The notes beneath the pieces are model-generated. The model was not told the DNA's origin. It worked only from the letters and a program-made list of their open reading frames with translations, and made no database searches. A stretch of 64,000 nucleotides of DNA, from assembly GCA_018882585.1 (NCBI GenBank), contig VFFB01000001.1, positions 1,793-65,792 on the forward strand, read 5' to 3'. This document shows positions 27,455-36,602 of this stretch, in pieces. How positions within the stretch are numbered: the stretch's first letter is position 1; every line of letters starts with the position of its first letter. The DNA comes from Candidatus Kapaibacterium sp. Lineage in GTDB: Bacteria > Bacteroidota > Ignavibacteria > Kapaibacteriales > Kapaibacteriaceae. A program made the position numbers and the translations under genes.

Positions 27455-28462
27455 ATGGCCCTGTACGACCATCTCATCAAGCCCATTCCCGGTGCATTCG
27501 GCAACTGGCTTCGCGCACGGCGCGAGCGACACCTGAACGCCAAGCCACCCGAAACCGTCGTCGAGCACCTCGTCGCATGGGTCAAGACCATCGTCTGGGC
27601 CGTCAGCGTTGTGACCATCGTCAACGGTCTTGCGCTTGCGTCCTTCACCGTTCCTACGGGATCGATGGAGCGCACGGTGATGGCCGGCGACTACGTCTTC
27701 GTCAACAAGTTTATCTACGGCCCGTCGACGCCACAGGTCATCCCGTTCATCAACATGAGTCTGCCCTTTTACAAGCTGCCGCCGCTGAGTCCGCCGGCGC
27801 AGGGCGACGTCATCGTCTTCATCTTTCCGGGCAATCGCGACCAAGCCAAGGCCGACAACTTCGAGTACTACCTGAAGCGCTGTATCGCCGTTGCCGGCGA
27901 TACGTTGCACATCCGCGGTGGACGTACCTTTGTGAATGGCGTCGAGTTCGGCTTGCCGAAAGACGGACAGTTCGCCAACTGGCCGCCGGAACTTCGGCAG
28001 GCCCGGTATGAAGAAGACCGCTATATGACCTTCCCTCCGGGACGTGGCTTCACGCGCGACGACTACGGTCCGATCCGCATTCCCGCCAAGGGCGACGTCA
28101 TCACGCTGACGCCGCAGAACATCGCCGAATGGGCGACGTTCATCCGCCGCGAAGGCCACCTGGTGGACGAAGTGAACATCCGCATCGACGGCATGCCGGT
28201 CCGCCAGTACGTTGTGGAACGCGACTACGTGTTTGGCATGGGCGACAACCGTGACAACTCACTCGACTCGCGGTACTGGGGCTTCATCCCCGAGGATGAC
28301 GTTGTGGGTACGCCCATGATCGTCTACTGGTCGTGGCAGAACGTCGACGAAGTGTCAACCCGCGCCGCGCAGATGCAAGGCTATCACGGTCAGGTCGAGT
28401 ATCCGCTATCCGAAAAGATGAAGCGCGTCCGGTGGTCACGCCTTGGCACCATCATCCGCTGA
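27455..28462 (+). CDS. lepB: Signal peptidase I.
   Basis: N-terminal TM segment. Catalytic Ser box PTGSMERT and Lys box, plus a conserved GDNRDNSLDSRYWG motif. Confidence 0.85.
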   Translation: MALYDHLIKPIPGAFGNWLRARRERHLNAKPPETVVEHLVAWVKTIVWAVSVVTIVNGLALASFTVPTGSMERTVMAGDYVFVNKFIYGPSTPQVIPFINMSLPFYKLPPLSPPAQGDVIVFIFPGNRDQAKADNFEYYLKRCIAVAGDTLHIRGGRTFVNGVEFGLPKDGQFANWPPELRQARYEEDRYMTFPPGRGFTRDDYGPIRIPAKGDVITLTPQNIAEWATFIRREGHLVDEVNIRIDGMPVRQYVVERDYVFGMGDNRDNSLDSRYWGFIPEDDVVGTPMIVYWSWQNVDEVSTRAAQMQGYHGQVEYPLSEKMKRVRWSRLGTIIR

Positions 28463-28486
28463 TCCTGTGCTGATGCCGATACCGTC

Positions 28487-29068
28487 ATGACCCTTGCGCG
28501 CGACATTCTCTCCAGCGCCATCGCGGCCATCGTCGTCGCCCTACTCCTCCGATTCTTCGTCGTCGGCGCGTTCCGCATTCCGTCCCATTCGATGGAGCAG
28601 ACGCTGCTGGTGGGCGACCACATCCTTGTAAGCAAGATCGCCTATCTGCTGCGGGATGTGCGGCGTGGCGACGTCGTCGTGTTCACATTGCCCGACGATA
28701 TTCCCGGCGTGACGGCAGGCCAGCCACTGATCAAACGCGTGGTTGCTATCGAAGGCGACACACTCCGCATGACGGCCACGTCCATCATCGTCAACGGCAT
28801 TCGCCAGCCAGCACCACCGCAGAGCGCTTCGCCCGGCCCCCTTCGTGCCGATGCGAATGGATTTGTGGAAGAGGTTATCATTCCTCGCGGTCATGTGTTC
28901 GTGATCGGCGACAACCGCGCCAACAGCAACGATTCCCGCATGTGGGGTCCACTCGATCGTGAACGCATCATCGGCACACCGCTCTTCGTGTACTGGTCGT
29001 ACGGACCCGACGACATAAATCCTGAACCACATCTGCGGTTCGACCGATTTCTTGACATGATCCGATAA
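28487..29068 (+). CDS. Signal peptidase I, second short paralog.
   Basis: Contains IPSHSMEQTLLVGDHILVSK and GDNRANSNDSRMWG. Length 193 aa. Confidence 0.8.
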   Translation: MTLARDILSSAIAAIVVALLLRFFVVGAFRIPSHSMEQTLLVGDHILVSKIAYLLRDVRRGDVVVFTLPDDIPGVTAGQPLIKRVVAIEGDTLRMTATSIIVNGIRQPAPPQSASPGPLRADANGFVEEVIIPRGHVFVIGDNRANSNDSRMWGPLDRERIIGTPLFVYWSYGPDDINPEPHLRFDRFLDMIR

Positions 29069-29069
29069 C

Positions 29070-30221
29070 GTGCAAGGTCTGTACCTCCATATCCCCTTTT
29101 GCGAGAAGAAGTGCGTGTACTGCGACTTCTACTCCATCGAGTCGACCGATCTGATGGAAGGCTTCGTGGGCCGTCTGTGCACGGAGCTGTCGTTGCGCGC
29201 GACGACCGAGAAGCCATGTACGAGCATCTTCTTCGGAGGCGGAACACCGTCACTGCTCAGCCCCACGCAGCTCGAGCGCATCCTTGATCGCGTCCATGCC
29301 GGCTATTCCATCGCACCTGATGCCGAGTGCACGATGGAGTGCAATCCCGGGACGGTGACGCTCGAAAACCTCAAGGCATATCGCTCCATGGGCATCAATC
29401 GTCTGTCGTTCGGCGTACAGAGCTTCGTGGCCGAAGAGCTTTCGTTCCTTGCCCGTATCCACAGTGCCGATGATGCCGACAAGGCCATGGAACTTGCTCG
29501 TGCTGCCGGCTTCGACAATGTGAACATGGACCTGATGTTTGCGCTGCCACCGCAGACGCTAGCATCACTCGGCTACTCCATCGACCGCATGCTGGCCCTG
29601 GGGCCCGACCATATCAGCGCCTACTCGCTGATCTTCGAGCCGGGCACGCCGCTCTACGCGCAGTGGAAGAAGGGGCATGTGCATCCGCATGCCGAGGATC
29701 TCGATGCCGAGATGTATGCCTACGTCATGGACCGTCTTGGTGCCGCCGGATACGAGCAGTACGAGGTCAGCAACTTCGCTCGCAATGGTCGGACGTGCCT
29801 ACACAACCTGACCTACTGGCATGCCGATCCATACATCGCCGTCGGCCCGAGTGCCCATGGTCTGCTCGACAACACTCGCTACTGGAATCACCGGTCACTT
29901 GCTGCCTGGGGGGCAAAGATCGACGCAGGCGTGCTGCCGCAGGCCAACACCGAAGTTCTCGACCGTCATGCGCAACTGGTCGAGTATGCCTTCCTGCACA
30001 TGCGTGCCGATGGGCTACCCGTCCAGGCTGCGCAGCAGCGGTTCGGCATCGATCTTCGTAGGGCGTTGCAACCGCAGCTACAGCATTGGATCGATGCCGG
30101 CATGGTGCGCGACACGGGCAACACCTTGCGGCTAACGCGCGACGGCTATACCGTCTGCGACGACATCACGGTGGCGTTGCTGGATGCGCTCGACCGTGCA
30201 TCGGCAAGCGCCACCACTTAG
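29070..30221 (+). CDS. hemW: Radical-SAM heme chaperone HemW (HemN-like, oxygen-independent coproporphyrinogen oxidase family).
   Basis: CxxxCxxC radical-SAM motif CEKKCVYC near the N-terminus. Length 383 aa, the HemW size rather than HemN at about 457 aa. HemN_C-like C-terminus. Confidence 0.8.
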   Translation: MQGLYLHIPFCEKKCVYCDFYSIESTDLMEGFVGRLCTELSLRATTEKPCTSIFFGGGTPSLLSPTQLERILDRVHAGYSIAPDAECTMECNPGTVTLENLKAYRSMGINRLSFGVQSFVAEELSFLARIHSADDADKAMELARAAGFDNVNMDLMFALPPQTLASLGYSIDRMLALGPDHISAYSLIFEPGTPLYAQWKKGHVHPHAEDLDAEMYAYVMDRLGAAGYEQYEVSNFARNGRTCLHNLTYWHADPYIAVGPSAHGLLDNTRYWNHRSLAAWGAKIDAGVLPQANTEVLDRHAQLVEYAFLHMRADGLPVQAAQQRFGIDLRRALQPQLQHWIDAGMVRDTGNTLRLTRDGYTVCDDITVALLDALDRASASATT

Positions 30222-31438
30222 TCAACCCGGATACCATCGGCGATCACGGCGCCCGCGGCGCGTCGCGCCGGATACACGGCTGCCAGTGTGGCCAGCAACA
30301 ACGCCGTCACGGCCGTCTCCAGCACATCCGCACCGTGCAGCTCCACGGGCAGGGCCGGCACCAGATAGCCGGCAGACATGTCGAAGGCGACCCATGAGAA
30401 TGCCTTCTGTCCAAGCACCAGGGCAACGCCGATAGCAGTACCGATGACGACGCTGACAGCTCCGATCATCAGTCCCTGTAACCGGAAGATGCGAGCAACA
30501 TCGGCATCCGTGACGCCAAGCGTCTTCAGGACGGCGATGTCCCGTCGCTTCTCGCTTACACCCAGCGTCAACGTCACAAGGATGTTGAATGCGGCCACGA
30601 CGATGATAAGCGCAAGGACAATGAACGAACCTACGCGCTCAAGCTGCATCGTGTCGAACAAGCCTTTGTTCAGGTCCTGCCATGTCAGCACCTGCACGGA
30701 ACCTCCAATGTCTTGCTGCAGCACCTTCGCCACGGCGACAGCTTCGAGGGGATGTGCAATGGTCATGTCAATGGCGTTCACATCGGCACGGCGCGACAGG
30801 CGGTGCACAAGTGCGTCCGACGTCATCACCATTGCATTGTCGATCTCGCGCATGCTGTTCGCCTGGAAGACGCCACGGACGATGGCACGGCGTCCCGACG
30901 GCGGCATGAGCGTCGTCAGTGCCTGCTCGATCATCTCGGGCGAGAGCACCATGACGGTATCGCCAATGAACGTCTGCAGTTTTTCGACAAGGCCGATACC
31001 GATGACCAGCCCCGGTGCCTCATCCGGCTGCGCCGGGTGAACAATGAATCGACCGGCGATCATGCGCGAAGCGACACCCTCTGGAACAGTCGCCGGCGGC
31101 AGCCCCTGGGCCTGTGCCACGGCCGTGATCCCGTCACGCTGCAACACTACGCGCGTCGTCGCCACGGGGATGGACGTACCGGCGCGACGCGACATCGCAA
31201 GGATGCGCGAGGTATCGTCCAGCACCGCCCCCTTTGACGGAACGATGCGCAGATGGGGTCCGAAACCGATCATGACGTCGTTGGCAACGGAGCGGAAACC
31301 GTTGAAGATCGACATCACGACGATCAGGGCGGCCGTGCCGATGGCAATGCCGATCATCGACAGCAGACCAATGATGGAGATGAAGTTCCAGCGTCGTGGC
31401 CGAAGGTATCGAAGAGCGATCCGAGACGAAGGTTTCAT
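30218..31438 (-). CDS. ABC transporter permease, FtsX/LolC-E family.
   Basis: N-terminal TM, a large periplasmic loop and a C-terminal FtsX-like 3-TM bundle (ALIIVVAAFNILVTLTLGVSEKRRDIAVLKTLG). Length 406 aa. Confidence 0.75.
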   Translation of the reverse strand: MKPSSRIALRYLRPRRWNFISIIGLLSMIGIAIGTAALIVVMSIFNGFRSVANDVMIGFGPHLRIVPSKGAVLDDTSRILAMSRRAGTSIPVATTRVVLQRDGITAVAQAQGLPPATVPEGVASRMIAGRFIVHPAQPDEAPGLVIGIGLVEKLQTFIGDTVMVLSPEMIEQALTTLMPPSGRRAIVRGVFQANSMREIDNAMVMTSDALVHRLSRRADVNAIDMTIAHPLEAVAVAKVLQQDIGGSVQVLTWQDLNKGLFDTMQLERVGSFIVLALIIVVAAFNILVTLTLGVSEKRRDIAVLKTLGVTDADVARIFRLQGLMIGAVSVVIGTAIGVALVLGQKAFSWVAFDMSAGYLVPALPVELHGADVLETAVTALLLATLAAVYPARRAAGAVIADGIRVD

Positions 31439-33576
31439 CGGCGGCGACGTGACGATTCAAGCAATGCATGCTGGACACGTACGACATCCTTGGAGGCGCG
31501 CACGCGTTGATACGTTCCATCGGCTGTAAGCATCCGTGCCTTCACGTTGTCATGCAGGTAGGCATCGAGAATGTCCTTGAGCTGCTTCTTCACGGCCTGG
31601 TCATAGACGGGGAACAGCAACTCGACCCGACGGTGCATGTTCCTTGTCATCCAGTCGGCACTCGAAATGAAAACTGCGTCGTCGCCGCCATTGCGGAAGC
31701 GGAAGATGCGGCTGTGCTCGAGGAATCTGTCCAAGACACTGCGTACGGTGATATTGTCGCTGACGCCTGCAATGCCGGGACGCAGCGTGCAGACGCCGCG
31801 TACGATGAGTTCGACCCTGACGCCGGCTTGTGATGCCTTGTAGAGTGCGCGGATGATATCGGGATCGATCAGGGCATTCATCTTGGCAACGATATGTCCC
31901 TTCGTTCCGGATCGCTGATGCTCGATCTCGCGCTCGATCAGGCCCAGAAGGTTTTCGCGAAGATTCACCGGCGCCACACCGATGTGTTGCCAGCCGCGAT
32001 GCTTTGAATAGCCGGTCAGCAGATTGAACAGGTGAACGAAGTCACGCTCGAATTCCTGACGGGCCGTGAAGATGCCGACGTCGGTATACAGTCGCGATGT
32101 CGAAAGGTTGTAGTTGCCTGTGGCCACGTGCGCATACGTCAGCACGTTGCGGCCCTCCTTGCGGATCACAAGGCAGACCTTGCAGTGGGTCTTAAGGCCT
32201 ACAAGTCCGTAGACGACGTGGACGCCGGCCTGTTCGAGAGCCCGGGCCCAGGCGATGTTCGTTTCCTCGTCGAATCGTGCTTTGAGTTCAACAAAGGCAG
32301 TAACATTCTTGCCATTCTCGGCGGCCTCGCGCAGTGCGTCGATCACGGGCGACTTACCGCCGGCGCGATACAGCGTGATCTTGATGGCCAGTACCTGAGG
32401 GTCGCGAGCGGCCGACTTCAGAAACGTTACCACCGAATTCGTGAACGAATCGAAGGGGTGGTGAACCAGGACGTCACCTTCCTTCAGCACGTCGAAGATG
32501 TTGGCGCCGTCCTGCGTCAGTTCCGTTGGCGTGCGCGATACCAGCGGCGGGTCCTTCAGACGGCGCTTGTCGAGTTGCATCAGAACCAGGAAGTCCTGCA
32601 GGTTCATCGGCACGTCTGTCTGATAGACGTCGGCCGTTTCAAGGTCGAGCGATCGTGCCAGGAACTGCGTCAGAAAGCGCGGCACGTCGGGACCGATCTC
32701 CAGTCGGACAGCATCGGTGCCCCAGCGTCGTTGGCGGATACCTTCGGCCACGGCCGTGATCAGGTCGCCCGCTTCGTCGTCGGCAATTTCGACGTCGGCA
32801 TCACGCGTCACGCGAAACACATGGGCTTCGCGGAAGTCCAGCCCCGGAAAGAGCACACCGGCATTGGCGCGGATCACGTCGTCGAGCAGGACGTAATGGT
32901 GTCCGCCGCTGCGCGGCAGACGCATCAGCCGTGGCAGTGCGGACGGCAGCTGCAGCACGGCGATCTTCGTCTCCTTCTGTCCGTCCACATGATCTGTCAG
33001 CACAAAGGCGATGTTGATGGATCGGTTCAACAGTCGCGGGAACGGATGGCCCGGGTCGAGCGCCAGCGGCGTTAGCACCGGCATGATGTTGTCGACAAAA
33101 TCCTGGTCGAACTCCTCGCGCTCCTCTGCCGTCAGGTCTTCAAGTCCATGGAAGTGTATCCCCTCTTTCCGCAGCGCCGGTATGAGGTCATGATGGAAGA
33201 TGCGGCTTTGCTCCATGTAAAGCGGCATCAGCCGGGAGCGGATCTCTTTCATCTGCTCGGCAGGCGTCATACCATCGGCCGACAACTCCGTGACGCCGGA
33301 GTAGATCTGCTCCTGCAGTCCGGCCACGCGGATCATGAAGAACTCATCGAGGTTCGTCCCGAAGATGGCCAGGAACTTCAGACGCTCCAGCAGTGGATGC
33401 GTCATGTCTGCCGCTTCTTCGATCACACGCCGGTTGAACTCAATCCATGACAGCTCGCGGTTGAAATAGAGCGACTCGTCGCGCAGATCAAGGGTAGCCT
33501 CGGGGCGCTTTTTTTTCCTCGATTCTTTGTCAGGATGTGATCCGGTGCTAGCTTTTGGCATAATAATCGGTTGCAC
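31435..33576 (-). CDS. ppk: Polyphosphate kinase 1.
   Basis: PPK1 N, head and two PLD-like C-terminal domains. Autophosphorylated-His region context. The 713-aa frame overlaps the downstream permease by 4 nt. Confidence 0.9.
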   Translation of the reverse strand: MQPIIMPKASTGSHPDKESRKKKRPEATLDLRDESLYFNRELSWIEFNRRVIEEAADMTHPLLERLKFLAIFGTNLDEFFMIRVAGLQEQIYSGVTELSADGMTPAEQMKEIRSRLMPLYMEQSRIFHHDLIPALRKEGIHFHGLEDLTAEEREEFDQDFVDNIMPVLTPLALDPGHPFPRLLNRSINIAFVLTDHVDGQKETKIAVLQLPSALPRLMRLPRSGGHHYVLLDDVIRANAGVLFPGLDFREAHVFRVTRDADVEIADDEAGDLITAVAEGIRQRRWGTDAVRLEIGPDVPRFLTQFLARSLDLETADVYQTDVPMNLQDFLVLMQLDKRRLKDPPLVSRTPTELTQDGANIFDVLKEGDVLVHHPFDSFTNSVVTFLKSAARDPQVLAIKITLYRAGGKSPVIDALREAAENGKNVTAFVELKARFDEETNIAWARALEQAGVHVVYGLVGLKTHCKVCLVIRKEGRNVLTYAHVATGNYNLSTSRLYTDVGIFTARQEFERDFVHLFNLLTGYSKHRGWQHIGVAPVNLRENLLGLIEREIEHQRSGTKGHIVAKMNALIDPDIIRALYKASQAGVRVELIVRGVCTLRPGIAGVSDNITVRSVLDRFLEHSRIFRFRNGGDDAVFISSADWMTRNMHRRVELLFPVYDQAVKKQLKDILDAYLHDNVKARMLTADGTYQRVRASKDVVRVQHALLESSRRRR

Positions 33577-33698
33577 GTTTCGTACAGGGAAGTTACGCAG
33601 TCACGATCGTGCTGTGTGTAACGCGTTCATAACGTCGCTGCACGACGAGTCAGACGAAGACTTGTTGGAGGCTTCAGATACATCCGGAAAGGCGATAC

Positions 33699-36482
33699 AT
33701 GAGAGTTCGCGCTGGCTTGACTGCACTGATGTTGATGTCAGCTGCGCTCTCCGTGGCCGCACAGAAACGCGAGGTTCGCGGCATTGTCATCGACAGTGCA
33801 ACCAGAACGCCACTTCCCGGGGCCAAGATTACGATCGGCCGTGTTGCCGACTCAACAGTGAGCGGAGCACTTTCCGATCGTCGGGGCCAGTTCGTTCTTC
33901 GTGGCGTGTCCGAAGGAATCAACGTCCTGCATGTATCCTACGTGGGATACCAGACGCGCGGCGATACCGTGAATATTCTGCGTTCCGGCCTGACGCTCGA
34001 CACGATACGTCTTGCTCAAGGCATGATCTCGACGGCCGACGTACTCGTTACCGGCAGAGCCGTCCGAGTGCTGCAACGCGGAGATACCACGGAATACAAT
34101 GCGAGTGCGTTCCGCGTGGATACCAACGCAAATGCCGACGCATTGGTGCGGCAGCTGCCCGGCGTGACCATGGCCGACGGCAAGGTACGCGCGCAGGGCG
34201 AACAGGTCGACCAGATCCTTGTGGACGGACAGCCATTCTTCGGCAACGATGTCACGGCCACCCTTGTCAACCTCCCCGCCTCGATCATCGATAAGGTCGA
34301 GATTTATGACACGAAGTCGGACGAGGCCAAGGAGACCGGCATCGCAGAGGAATCCACGACCAAGACGATGAACATCGTCACGCAAGAGGACAAACGAATG
34401 GGATACTTTGGTCGTGCCAGGACAGGCTATGGCGATGAGGCCAGATACGAGGCCTACGGCACGATCAGTCACTTCGACACGCTCATTCGTGCCACGATCC
34501 TGTCCATGTCGAACAACGTCAACGATCAAAGCTTTTCGTTCGAAGATGTGCTGAGCAGCCTTGCTACGGAGTCCGTTAGTGGGGGACACTACATCACAAC
34601 CGACGATAATGACGCGTTGAACGCATACTTTAAGCCCGACCGCCAAGGCATCATTCGCACCAACTCTCTTGGTGCCAACGTGTCGACTCGGTTTGGCAAG
34701 TCTTCGCAGGCATCCTTGAATTACGTCATGAGCGATGCACGCTCCGATGCCGCCTCGAGCACACTTCGCCAGTACTTCAATTCCGGAGCGTCCCTCCAGC
34801 TGTTTCGCCAGGTCGATACGTCAACGTCAACAAACCAGCGGCACCAGCTCATTGGAAACCTTCGGTATGACATTGACTCTTCGACGCGCTTCACGCTGCG
34901 GCCGAATGCATCATTTGACAATGCATCGTCCAATGCCATGCTGGAAGGACTTACCCGCATCGACGGCATGCCGCAAAACGCGACAGCATCATCTTCCTCG
35001 ACCGACATGCATTCGTCCGCACTGTCAACAGATGCAAGTCTCCTGCGACGTTTTCGCAATCGCCGTCGAAGCATGACGATATCGTTGCGCGCGTCAACAG
35101 CGGCAACCGATGGCACGAGCTCGCTGCAGGCAACAGGCATACGTGGTGGGCAGACGGACCGAACCGATACGACCGATCAGCGCGGCATTCAGGATGTTGC
35201 CACAACAACATGGGCGCCTACGATCTCGTACAATGAACCCTTGAGCGACAACATCATGCTGCGATTCTCGCTTGACGGCTCGTTCTCTTCGTCACGCTCG
35301 GATCGCCGAACGTCTACAGATCCAGATCGTAGCGGCAGCTATGCCTCTCTTGACACGCTGCTGTCGAATGTCTTTCAGCAACAGACCAGATCGCTTGCCT
35401 CAGCAACATCGTTCATCTGGAGTGACTCGGCAATACGATTCGCCACCGGCGTCCGCTATCAATCGCTCCAACTAGATGGTGAGTCGATCTTCCCTATATC
35501 GGTGCTCACAACAAGAACCTTCGAAAACGTGCTACCTGATGTAAGTCTGGCCTTCCTGGCACTCGATAACGCAAGCCTGAGATTTGATTACGAAGCGTCA
35601 ACCGTTACTCCTACCATCAAACAGATGCAGAATGTCCTGAACAACAGCAACCCTCTGCTGCTGTCGATCGGAACGCCTTCGCTGGAGCAGTCCCTGACGC
35701 ATCGACTATCGATGAACTACTCAACGGCTATCAGTTCCATCAATGGCTTCGCCTACCTGTTCGCTCGAACGGGATATACCAGCGACCCCATCAGCACCAG
35801 CATGATCATTGCCGGCAGGGACACCATTGCCGACGGAATCACCCTGGCACAAGGTGCGCAGCTGACGCGCCCAGTCAACCTCGACAAGGCGATCGATGCA
35901 AGTCTTGACGGATACTTCAGCTTCGATCTGGACTCGCTGCCCATCAGCGTAAACCTCAACTCTAGCCTCAGATTCGACCAGACCCCCAGCCTGATCAATG
36001 GCAGCAGCAATCGAACGTCAACCATGGCGATCTCCGGCGGTGCCAGCCTGTATTACCGCCTCGACGAACGATTCAATGCCTCGGCAACATTCAACGTCGA
36101 CCACAGCACAGTACGCAACACGTTACAGCAGGACCTCAACACGGTCTTCACCAACGTGACGGTCACTGCCCAAGTGGACTGGACGTTCTGGGAAGGACTC
36201 GTGCTGCGGGCCGATGTTAGCAACCGTCGCAACAGCGGCTTCAGTTCGGGCTTCGGCCAGAACATTGCCCTGTTGAATGTCACACTGGCAAAGAAGCTAT
36301 TCAACAATGATCGGGGCGAGCTGGCCATCTATGTCAGGGATGCCCTGAATCAGAATCAGGCCGTCGACCGCATCGTGCAACCGGCATTTACTGAAGACCA
36401 GCGCTTCATGCAGCTCCAGCGCGTCGCCATGGTAACGTTTACATACAAGTTTCGATCCTTCGGTAAGACGTTGTTCGACTGA
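33699..36482 (+). CDS. Outer-membrane beta-barrel protein: carboxypeptidase-regulatory-like domain, TonB-dependent-receptor Plug, then barrel. First of two paralogs.
   Basis: Signal peptide MRVRAGLTALMLMSAALSVAAQ. Then RGIVIDSATRTPLPGAKITI (CarbopepD_reg). Then a Plug-like region ending ...LPGVTMADGKVRAQGEQVDQILVDGQPFFGND. A long beta-rich C-terminus ends in aromatic-rich strands. Confidence 0.8.
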   Translation: MRVRAGLTALMLMSAALSVAAQKREVRGIVIDSATRTPLPGAKITIGRVADSTVSGALSDRRGQFVLRGVSEGINVLHVSYVGYQTRGDTVNILRSGLTLDTIRLAQGMISTADVLVTGRAVRVLQRGDTTEYNASAFRVDTNANADALVRQLPGVTMADGKVRAQGEQVDQILVDGQPFFGNDVTATLVNLPASIIDKVEIYDTKSDEAKETGIAEESTTKTMNIVTQEDKRMGYFGRARTGYGDEARYEAYGTISHFDTLIRATILSMSNNVNDQSFSFEDVLSSLATESVSGGHYITTDDNDALNAYFKPDRQGIIRTNSLGANVSTRFGKSSQASLNYVMSDARSDAASSTLRQYFNSGASLQLFRQVDTSTSTNQRHQLIGNLRYDIDSSTRFTLRPNASFDNASSNAMLEGLTRIDGMPQNATASSSSTDMHSSALSTDASLLRRFRNRRRSMTISLRASTAATDGTSSLQATGIRGGQTDRTDTTDQRGIQDVATTTWAPTISYNEPLSDNIMLRFSLDGSFSSSRSDRRTSTDPDRSGSYASLDTLLSNVFQQQTRSLASATSFIWSDSAIRFATGVRYQSLQLDGESIFPISVLTTRTFENVLPDVSLAFLALDNASLRFDYEASTVTPTIKQMQNVLNNSNPLLLSIGTPSLEQSLTHRLSMNYSTAISSINGFAYLFARTGYTSDPISTSMIIAGRDTIADGITLAQGAQLTRPVNLDKAIDASLDGYFSFDLDSLPISVNLNSSLRFDQTPSLINGSSNRTSTMAISGGASLYYRLDERFNASATFNVDHSTVRNTLQQDLNTVFTNVTVTAQVDWTFWEGLVLRADVSNRRNSGFSSGFGQNIALLNVTLAKKLFNNDRGELAIYVRDALNQNQAVDRIVQPAFTEDQRFMQLQRVAMVTFTYKFRSFGKTLFD

Positions 36483-36602
36483 ACCTTTTCGCCTATTCGC
36501 CGGTTTTGTACCGTCGGCACGTCGATCCGTAGGTTCGTACGTGAAATGTCGTAGCAATACGTCATGGCCCACCGCACCTATCTGCACATTCCCTTCGGCA
36601 TC

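Noticed and set aside
29070-30221. Calling this gene hemN, the oxygen-independent coproporphyrinogen III oxidase.
   Set aside because: At 383 aa it lacks the extra N-terminal region and the fourth Cys of true HemN at about 457 aa. The size and motif pattern fit the HemW heme-chaperone subgroup better.
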